IMG/VR virus record: IMGVR_UViG_3300025849_000016
Span: 32,001 to 96,000 of that record
From: a virus
Strand: one strand, 5' to 3'
DNA length: 64,000 bases
The translations under genes were made by a program, and so were the position numbers. This document shows, in pieces, positions 49,101-56,800 of the stretch (its first letter is position 1; every line of letters starts with the position of its first letter). A model generated the notes under the pieces. It was not told the origin of the DNA. It ran no database searches and was given only the letters and a program-made list of their open reading frames with translations.

Positions 49101-50875
49101 ACTTCTGTTTCAAGTGCTGTGCCTTCAAATGTAAGTGTATCAGTAAGCAAACTAACAGTATCATTGTTTGTTCCGTCAGTTATACTTAATTGTGTAGCAA
49201 CATTAATTTCTTCTGCAAATGTAAGTCTGCCATAATTATCTACAGTAAAGCTAGGTATAGCAGTAGCACTACCATATGTACCAGTGCTAACACTTGTAGT
49301 GTTTAATCCTATTGTAACTGATGCACTTTCTAATCCACTTCCTGATAATACAAGTGTTGCATTTCCGTCATCTGTTATTGTTTCTACGTAGTTACCAGTT
49401 GTGTCATCTCCTAATACTATTGAATCTAATTCAATAGTTGTAGTCAAAATTGCATTTGCAGATCCGTCAAATGATGCTGTACCAGTAACATCGCCTTGTA
49501 GTGTGATATTTCTTGCTGTTGCTAATGCTGTAGCAGTATCTGCGTTACCAACTAAGTCACCTGTAAATGTAGTAAATGTTGCATCAGTTCCAAATAGTGT
49601 AGTAATGTATCCTTCACTCCAGTATGCACTCGAAGAACCTATGTTTAGTGTGTTGCTACCTGATGGTATTACATCAGATGCTAATACAGCATTTAACGTA
49701 ATAGTATCTGAACTTCCATCACCTAATTCTGTATTTCCGCTTACTGTTAATATAGGCGTTGTTATTCCGCCTTGTGATATTTCTAAACCTGTTGAAACAA
49801 ATCTAGCAACTTCTGTGCTGTTTATTTCTGCAAGTATAGCATTACCTGCATCAAGTACAATGTTTGTTGCACTTTCTAAAGTCGGAGTACCTGTACCGTC
49901 ACTTATAAAACTTTCAGCTGTAACAGCACCATTTACTTCAAATGTTGTACCGTCCCAAGTTACATCACTACTAGTTGTTAACTCGCCGTTAGCTGATGCA
50001 ATTACAATCCCTTCGTCTGTTAAATCACTAACTTCTAATGATGTAACTTTAACTGCATTTAATATATCTATAATACCAGAGCCACTCGCTGCTAATTCTA
50101 AATTAGCATTAGTATTAAATGTTTCGATTCTATTTCCGTTAATTGCAATTTGATCTAAAGTTAAATTACCATTAGGATCAATACTTACATTATCACCAAT
50201 ATTAGTAGTACCACCGCCACCAATATTAGTAGTGCCGCCATCGCCTGCACCTATATCTAAATCATCGCCTGGAGGAGTTGTAATTTCAGTGCCGCCATCG
50301 CCTCCGCCAATAGTAATACCACCTATTTGTGTACCACCAGAAGATGATGGACCAAATGTTCCTGTGTATACTGCACCTACAACATATATAACTTTTGATG
50401 CAGTTAGGACACTTGGTAGATTATCTCCTATAAAATGTACTGTACCTGCTTGATAGTCAAAAAACCATTCGTCGCTATTACCAGCACCAACAGCAAATAA
50501 TTGTGTACCTGTGCTAGTTGGATCAGCTGCGCTAGGACTATCAACATATACTTTAACATTATATGTAGCACCAAATTCTGTAGGTATCCAATCAGTACTT
50601 CCAGTTAACCATGTACGCCTAGTACTTGCTGTTCCGTCTTCAGTACATTCTACAGCATTAGCACCTGTGTATATTGTTACCGGATTTGAAGTTGTAGTAG
50701 GTATCGTTGCAGGTATATTAGCACTGTCTCCCCATATCTTATCGCTTCTTATAAGTAAAGGACTTGCTATGGCTTCGTTTGTAGCACCTTTGTTAGATTC
50801 AACATCTGACTTGCTAACTCCGTATCCTATCTTTTTCCAAAGGTAGTCAATTTTTTGTATATCGCTTATAGCCAT
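40115..50875 (-). CDS. Giant tail-fibre protein (3586 aa) with LamG/ConA-like domain
   Basis: GDVT tetrapeptide runs, ENGTDGTDATF modules and DRG.EF.W...GFFG.D modules. KFGTGS...DFTIDFWVY...W..V...R....IDDFRVT..ARY LamG-like domain (~42370-42960). N-terminus shared with 50880..59447. Confidence 0.8.
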   Translation of the reverse strand: MAISDIQKIDYLWKKIGYGVSKSDVESNKGATNEAIASPLLIRSDKIWGDSANIPATIPTTTSNPVTIYTGANAVECTEDGTASTRRTWLTGSTDWIPTEFGATYNVKVYVDSPSAADPTSTGTQLFAVGAGNSDEWFFDYQAGTVHFIGDNLPSVLTASKVIYVVGAVYTGTFGPSSSGGTQIGGITIGGGDGGTEITTPPGDDLDIGAGDGGTTNIGGGGTTNIGDNVSIDPNGNLTLDQIAINGNRIETFNTNANLELAASGSGIIDILNAVKVTSLEVSDLTDEGIVIASANGELTTSSDVTWDGTTFEVNGAVTAESFISDGTGTPTLESATNIVLDAGNAILAEINSTEVARFVSTGLEISQGGITTPILTVSGNTELGDGSSDTITLNAVLASDVIPSGSNTLNIGSSSAYWSEGYITTLFGTDATFTTFTGDLVGNADTATALATARNITLQGDVTGTASFDGSANAILTTTIELDSIVLGDDTTGNYVETITDDGNATLVLSGSGLESASVTIGLNTTSVSTGTYGSATAIPSFTVDNYGRLTFAEEINVATQLSITDGTNNDTVSLLTDTLTFEGTALETEVVVSNNKVTVGLPSTVEITTNLTVGNDLFVDGNLTVSGSTTTVDTTVMTIEDPVIRLGVSSLLANDSKDRGSEFLWHNGSASKRGFFGFDNSTGRFTYIPEAVNNSEVFSGNAGDAQFGTVHADLVGDVTGDVTGNVTGTSGSWATARTITLGGDLVGSVSINGSQNVTLTATVGENAVLLGTDTTGNYAEDITVSGVGLSVAQVAGEAVQYEIVSNATASNTASTIVSRDASGDFAAGTITADLVGNADSATEVTITANATANENVYLVFADSSSTGVNGLEVDNGLSYNPAGGIITSTSFAGSLTGDVKSTGGQTVLDSGTDGTNAFFKGDVKATGGTTVLDSGTDGTDATFTGDVTGDLTGNVTGDVTGDLTGDTTGYHLGDVKGSVFGDDSTLLVDAINNIVTATISGDITGDIYSNDGTKILENGTDGTDATFTGDVTGDVTGNADTATALETARNFSITGDVVASPISFDGTGNVVLNSVIQANSVDLGTDTVGDYVESLVAGTGVTLTNNTGEGATPTIAIGQAVGTTDDVEFNDVTVAGTLTTDDITAATVTASGNVVISGNLTVSGTTTTVNTEEIKLADNQIELNSNLGAGTAPTQDAGLLINRGSVVDVQILWNETTDKFEFKDAAGTPVYQTVKAATFEGAVTGDITGDLVGDVYANNGTSKILENGTDGTDATFTGDVTGDLTGDVTGDVTGDLTGDVTGDVTSTGTSTFTTIDVNGGTIDGVAINNSVIGATTAAAGNFTTIDATGDITGDTVGVHTGAVVGNVVGNLTGDVFASNGTSKVLENGTDGSDATFTGDVTGDVTGNADTATILATARSFNLTGDVTSDTVTFDGSGNVSLTTTFNPGNLVLGTDTTGDYVESLVAGTGVTITNNTGEGTTPTLAIGQAVGTTDNVIFNNITANGTLNTDDITASTVTASGNVVITGNLTVNGNTTTINSTTLDVDDINITVAKGTTDSSTANGAGLTIDLGTDGEATLVWNHVGQHIAFNKPVSLGVNKLSGSIIGDIFASNGTSKILENGTDGTNATFTGDVTGDVTGDVTGDVTGNADTASAWENSRTVTFATGDVTGSFSIDGSADVSNVALTIGANSVALGTDTTGDYIESISATSGHITITGGSGESSTPVLSLPNSGVTAATYGSTTSIPVITVDAQGRITTVTTQSITTSIGLSDGSNTDVVAGGETITFTGGTGLSSAISNNEVTYALDALSVDPSGTYGGATSIPVLTVDEYGRVTGVSTSTLVETLDITDGSNSTTIDLLTEQLTVEGTTNEITVTVSNNKIAVSLPDDVTIGNDVTISNDLILTRDATVGRNLVVTGDITAGGTLTYATLSGVDINASGTISSAIFETDQIRIDDNFIETYNTNTDLELKAAGTGSVLIPSNTLEVTNNTTVGGTLGVTGETTTAAITASGVIAANATGNSLTVADTLRIAQTGSGLRMTNVGAFDNDGSDNFRIFASNTLYLRANGETGGGIVIDAANQNVSVDNNLTVTGNLTVQGTTTTVESTVTTTEDPVLRVGISGLSASDGKDRGIEFLHWDTSAKVGFFGLDEGTGRFSFIPNATNTSEVFTGTLGDAQFNRVYAAVTGNITGQVSDISNFDTDDLSEGSTNQYFTQARARTSISATDAGGFGSFAYNNSTGALTYTGPSAADIRGNFSAGGDLTYNSATGLFSVTTYKTSDFNTDFGNKSTDDLSEGSTNEYFTQARARQAITLTDAGGDGSMTYNTATGAFTYTGPSAAEVRAKISASGDINYNNTTGVISFTERTDAEVRGLISAAASPITYNSATGEIGFDNSGSAYITSADLSGGTGVTYNNATGVISIGQAVGTSDDVEFNDVTVAGTLTTDDITAATVTASGNVVISGNLTVSGSTTTVNTEEINLADNTIKLNSNATGSATEDAGLEIERGDDTNVTLLWDETNNRWTIGTETFVAATFIGDLTGDVTGTVSDISNHSTSDLSEGTNKYYTDTRVRAAVSAGGDLSFDSGTGVFSVTTYKTADFTTDLAAASVDGIGDVSISNIKPGQYLRYGGSFGDTAYGNTLLLIPSNGSEDATTFLDESNIAGTITANGDAKITQTVKKFGTGSYLGNGTNSYLNVTRTAIGTSDFTIDFWVYHDSSVSGYIYSADDTTSFQISGSLGVTDSNGNILTATSLTPNTWYYVSFTRTGGTLYRHINGTISASSAYTRELTATDWNIGGNPAAANGLEGYINGNIDDFRVTTSARYDSSNYITPERAAYTYAGTLGTEFENVTPNINDLIDVDTSGIIDGQALIYDAAADTFKPSTALAIASVTNDLLVDGTLTINGTIFGSNTIELDDITISGNQIRTTASNANLELSVAGTGAIELLDSTNITGDATVSGTVDIDGLATLAEATVEDLTINQIVVPSTGGRLSGSSNLTYDGTTFVVGANKLTVASASGDTAIAGTLGVTGETTLASAIVSDLTAGRVIFVGTDGALVDDSGFTFDGTTLTVPQLESSSGSSFPTLAVTDLTEDRILIAGGNGEVEDTAQLTFSSSLLTVDAAATITGNIQVNGNVDLGATTAQTITFGGRVDSHIVPSVSNTYDLGTEDLRWNDLYLNGNSIYLGDTTMSSYNNGLRVHMPSSSTLMDLYNDTTYSNRVDVGDILIDTNVIQTTVSATDLELRTNGSGTIELQDSTNITGALDVSTTLNVQGATTLATAKISDLTDGRVLLAGTNGEVEDSGNLTFTSDTLAITGDATVSGTINVDGVATVAGSVVEDLTQHRVPVAGTGGRLIDSANFTFSSNTLGLNGTLNVTGQADIDDITINGTTIGTTTGGLIIDPDTAGVGGTVTIAGNLTVQGTTTTVDSTTVTIDDPVFTLGGDTAPSINDSKDRGIEFLWHNGTDAKVGFFGYDESTGRFTFKPDSTNSNEIFSGNAGDAEFNDLYVQDLTVNSIVTSGDLAVEHGGTGVSTLTSKGILYGNGTGDVQVTAASGDADASTSNQILTTDGSGVPVWTDTIDEGTF
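46956..47039. repeat. 12-nt tandem repeat x7 encoding (G-D-V/L-T)n
   Basis: gttacatcacca units. Shorter runs near 33000, 45930, 47970 and 48700. Confidence 0.85.
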
Positions 50876-50879
50876 TTAA

Positions 50880-53800
50880 TTATACGCCTTCTAATATTGA
50901 CAAACTGCTAACACTTTGCCCTGCTGTTAATGCTATTCTAATTAACACAACGTTACCAGTTGTGCTTGTAGTACTTACTGTTCCTAAAGTCATTTGATAG
51001 TTTCCACTTAAACTAGTACCTGTTCCGATTATATTTGCTGGACCGTCTGCAACTCCATCACTAGTGTTGCCTCCAGTGCCTGAACCAGGTTTACCATTTC
51101 CGCCATATGGAGTGCTACAATCTAACCAACCATTTAGACCGCTGGTTGTATCTGTATCACTGCCTGGTAATGCTAACCACATACCTGCAATTCCGCTTGA
51201 TGAAATATTAATTCTAAACTTACTTACTGCACTTCTTCTAAATGCCATTGTAAAATATTGTGTGCCAGTGTCACCACTTCTATCAGGACCTACTGGTAAA
51301 TATGAGCTATAATTTTCTACATTATGCTCTAACACACCTAAACGTATAGTTGCTTCTTGAGTACCTTCTACGCCAGGATCAGTTGATTCTGTGTACGGAT
51401 TATTTGTATAGAAATTTGTACTATTAACATATGCTGGATTATCAGTTGTTGCTGCATTAAAATCAAATATTCTTACAGCATCATCAGTGTGTGTAGAACC
51501 TAAGCTGTTTGAAACACTAATTGCAATTTCACTTATTCCAGTTTGTGCAGCAGTGTGTACAGCAATTTTTTCACTTTGTGCTTGGTAATCGCCGTAGCCG
51601 TTAACATTTAATCCTCTTGTGCGTAATTGTTCAACTGTACGAACTGAGCTAGATGTAATATTAATATCAACTGGTCCTATTGAATAAGGTGTACCATTAC
51701 CTGTATTTGCATTTGGTATTCCGCCTGTTAAAAATGTTGTTGCTCCGTCAATTAATGCATATGAATATGACTGAGGTGATGTAATAGCACTTTGACTTGT
51801 TCCTTCAAGATTTGTTCCGCTTTCTACAGTAAACGGACTTGGTGTATCCATATATGTTTGGCCAATCCAATCATCTATTGTAACACCCGATAATGTTATT
51901 ACTGGAGATCCAGTATTATAATATGGAACTCCACTAATATATCTATAAGTACCTGCTGTTTTTTCTGCTATTGTTCCTTCAGTTACAATAGGTGTATCAG
52001 TCATTGTATCTTTAACAAATTCTACCAAGTTTGTATCTCCTGTAGCAGTATGGCTTAATTGAAATGTGTTTATTCCTACGCTTGTACTATTTGTTGCTTT
52101 TTTAACTCTAGCTTTAAATCCTGAATATAATGCAGGATGGTATATACTACTACCAAAACTTGTACTACTTCCGCTTGCATTTAATAAATTATAATCTGAT
52201 TCTTCTGTTAAGTCAAGAGCGCCAATATGCGCTGTATCGTCTCCTGATGATAAAGTTATAGTACCATCGTTAGCACCATTTACTTTTGCGTGTAGTGTAC
52301 CTGCACTAGCATTGTATGCAAATGTTGGTATAATACTACTTTCGATAAATCCAGTTGTTGCAGTATTTCTTTGGACATCATCACCAGCAGTTAATGTACT
52401 AGATCCATTTGAATTATCAGTAGCGCCTGCTGCTAGTTTCGGACTTGAACCGCTTGGTATTGCTAAGGAAATTGTTTTTGTACTTAACCCTTGCGGTGCT
52501 GCAATGTTTGGGTCATATACTTTTAAAGTTGTAGTTGTTGACATTGGAAATAATGCAGGTGTTGCTGTTGTATGTGTTAACAATTGCAATGTTAAAGTAT
52601 CTGATCCTGTTCCAGTAGCAGTGCCGCCTGCCCATGTATGTTGTAATCTACTTCCTGCTACACCGCCAGCGGCTGCATCACTTGCAATGCTATCATTTGA
52701 ACTTCCGTCACCCCAATTCATAGAATAAGTTACATCTGCCATTGAAGTATTTGTAGTTAGATTTTCTAAATATAAACTATCGCCTTCAATAACATACTTT
52801 TCATTGCCAGTTAATGCACTTCCTCCAGTTGATGCATTATAAAGACTAAATGCCATTACAGGATCTGCTGTGTAAATTACGATGTAATCGGTATTAGTTG
52901 CACTTGCTTCACTACCGTATCCACTACCAGAATTATTAAAAGCACGTACTACAACTGTATAAGGTGATCCTGCATTACTTGTATAAGTGTGGCTCGGTGT
53001 GTTATCTGAAGTAGCTGACGTTGTATTACCGTCGCCCCAGTCAATATCATATCTATTTGAATTGCCATCAACTGTTAAACTAAGAGTAACAGTTGTTCCT
53101 TCGCCTCCAGCTTGTGGTGATGCACTAAATGTTACACCTCTAACAAATGTATCGTTTGCTACATTAAACATTGTTTCGTTAAGTTGATCTAATGCTTCTG
53201 CAATGTTGCCGCTTGCTGATAACTCTTTGTAAGCACCATCTGCAAATCCGCCATCTGATGGTGCACCTAAAGTAATTTGATTACCAATTTGTGAACCACT
53301 TACTAACGATACTTCGCTATCAACATATGCTTTAACACTTTGTTGTGTAGGTATAGCTGTTGCACTATCACTTACTAGATCATCTTCATCTAAAATTGCA
53401 TCAACTTCTGTAGTATTTTCAATGTTAAATCTACCAATAACTTCTACTGCACCTGTTCCTGCTGCTTTTAGTTCTAAAGCCGAATTTGTATTGCTAGTTG
53501 CAATTGTGTTATCAGTAATTGTAATAGACGGAGTAATAATATCTCCATCTACATTAATATTTGATCCGACTGTGACAGTTTGTGTTGTTTCAATTGTTGT
53601 AGCTGTAATTGCTGCTGTATCAACATCTGATAAGATTGTAGTACCTGTAACATTAAATGTGCCTTCAATAGTTGTATTAGCTTTTAGTTCTATTTCGCCT
53701 GTTCCCGAAACACCTAATTGCAAGTTACTATTTGATTCAGTAGTTTGAATCAAATTTCCATCAATTCTAATATCGTCAAGTATCAAAGAACCTGCATTTA

Positions 53801-56800
53801 TTTCGGCTGCATAAAGATCCATCATAACATCAGAATCTGGCATGTGTACCATCATACCATCAATGTGTTGACTCATTGTTACGTTGCCCAAATAAATTGA
53901 ATTTCCGCTTAGGTACAAATCTTTCCATCTTTTTAAATCAGTACCTAAGTCGTATGTTACATCATCATTAGGTATTAAATCTGAGTCAAACTCGCCGGCA
54001 ATTGTTATTCCGTCTGAATCGCTATCGCCTATTGTAATGTTGCCACCGATAACAACATTACCTGTTGCATTAATATCTACTGCATCAATATTGCCAAATT
54101 TTACATTACCTAGTGTGCCTGCAAATACTTCTGACGAGTTTGTAGCATCCGAAATAAAGGTAAATTTTTCATCTGTTCTATCAAATCCAAAAAATCCAAC
54201 TTTTGCATCAGTACCAGTATGCCAACGGAATTCAACACCTTTATCCTTAGTATCATCAGTTGCAGGAGCAGTGTCGCCTCCTAATGTAAGTATAGGATCG
54301 TCTAATGTTGTTACTGTACTATTAATTGTAGTTGTAGTACCCATAACTTGCAAGTCGCCTTGTATAGTTAGTGTACCTGCAGAACCAGCTGGTGTTGGAT
54401 CAATTACAAGTGTTCCTGATGATGTACTAATAGTATTTCCATCAATTGTAATATTATCTACTACTACTGCTGTAGCTGTAAGTGTGGTTCCGTCAAATGT
54501 TAAGTTTGCATTATCTTCAATTTCAGATGCACCCATTAGCAATACACGACCGTTTGTTAAACTTTCTAAGTTTAGTCCTGCTAGTGTTGTTGTGCCGTCT
54601 ACGTGTAAGTCGCCTGACACAAGTGTATCACCTGATGCTTGTTGTACTGTAAAGTTTCCTGCACCAATGCTAAACTCAGTTCCATCAAACGTTAAATTTG
54701 CATCATCTTCAATTGCGCCGCCGCTTCCAGCAATAACAATACGATTGTCTGTTAAGTCTTCTACAATAGCACTTGCTAATGTAGCTTCATTGTCAACATC
54801 TAATGTTCCTTGTAGTGTAGCATTGCCTGTAACGTCAATTAACCCAGCAACAGTTAGTGTACCGCCTGCTCCGCTTGGATTAGGATCAATAGTAATATCT
54901 GTACTTGCTGAAATAGTGCTTCCGTCAATATCAATATTGTCAATTGATGCATTACCAGTTATTGATAATGTACCAGTAATATCAACATTAGTTAATGTAG
55001 ATGTTCCTGTAACACCTAATGTACCGCCGATAGCAGTGTCACCAGTTGCTTGAGCAATTGTAAATTCAGTTAAGTTTGGACCAAATCCTAAATCACCAGT
55101 AGCGCCAATTTGCATACGCACTGACCCGGCAGTATAAAAATCTAATTCGTCGTTGTCAGTACCCGGTGACGATTCGGCAATAATCTTTGTGTCTTGATCA
55201 ACATCTTTTACACCACCTAATGACGCCCACGCAGTACCGTCATATCCTTCAAATGCAGTGTCAGTAGAGTTGAAACGCATTTGTCCAGTTACTGGCGTAG
55301 GACGTTCTAATGTTGTACCTACTGGAATTTGTAATGAACTTGTAGTGCCGATAATCATATCGGTGCCGTCGAATGTTAATGCTGCACTATCTTCAATTGC
55401 GCCTGATGTGCCAGCAAGAACAATTCTGTTTGCAGTTAGATCTGATATTGTTGCACTACTTAAAGTTGTTTCTTGTGCGTCTAATACTTGTAATGTAGTA
55501 TCACCTGTTACATCTAATGTGTCAGATACTGTTACTGCGCCTGTTATATTTGTATCTGATAATAATTCAACAGTTCCTGTTCCTGCTGCAATTATTTCAA
55601 CAGGTGAGTTTGTAGAAGTAGTTGCAATTCTATTTCCAGTTATTAATATATCTTCGCCAACTAATCTATCAGCATATACTTCGCCTGCTGTAATGTTTAC
55701 TTCGTTTCCTGCTGCATCAACAACTTTAAATCCGCCACTTTCTTCTTTAAGTTGAATACCGCCTAGATGAATTTGTCCAGCGACATATAACTTACGCCAA
55801 TTTTTTGTAGCACTACCTAAGTCATATGTTTCGTTTGCATTTGGAATTAAATGACTCTCAAAATCAGCAGCAACAGTGATGCCATCTGTGTCTGCATCGC
55901 CTATTGTAATGTTACCACCGATTGTAACGTCACCGCTTACATCAAGGTTACCTGTAACATCTAATGTAGTGCCGTCAAATGTTAAGTTGCCGCTATCTTC
56001 AATTGCACCCGATGTACCTGCAAGCACTATTCTGCCTGCTGTTAAGTCTGATACTGTTACACTGCTTAGTGTTGTTTCTTGTGCATTTAAAACTTGTAGG
56101 GTAGTATCGCCTGTTACATCTAATGTTCCTGTTGTGTTTATATTACCTGTTGTGTCTGCAACAGTGAATGCACCGTCAACATCAATACCTCCATCTAAGG
56201 AAGCTAGACCTACAACGTCTAGTGCATCATTAATTGTAGTAACACCTGTTATTTCTAACGTTCCGCTGACAGTTGCATCGCCTGTTATGTTTGTATCAGT
56301 CTGTAATTCAATTGTACCTGTGCCAGCTGCATCTAATTCTAGTGGACTGTTTGTATTAACAGTTTCAATTCTGTTACCGTTAATTTGTACATCTTCGACG
56401 TTTAACTGCCCAATGTTAACTAATGATGCATATAATTTATTCCAAGGTTTTGTTGTACTACCTAGATCGTATTTGTCAGCTTCGTCAGGAATAAGATTAG
56501 ATTCAAAGTCAGCTGCTACTGTAATTGCATCTGTATCTGCATCACCGATTGTAATGTTACCGCCAATATTAACATTACCTGTTACATCTAAATTTCCTGC
56601 AAGATTTGTGTCGCCTGTTACAGTCAAAGTTTGTCCAACAGTTACAGTTCCGCTTACTTCAGTGTCTGCACTTAAATTAATATTTGATGTTCCAGAAGGA
56701 GTAAGATTTATATCTCCTGTAATAGTAGAAATACTATTGCCTGCTAATCTAAGATTTCCTGTTTCAATTTTAAATGGATCAACTGTACTTGTGTTAACAC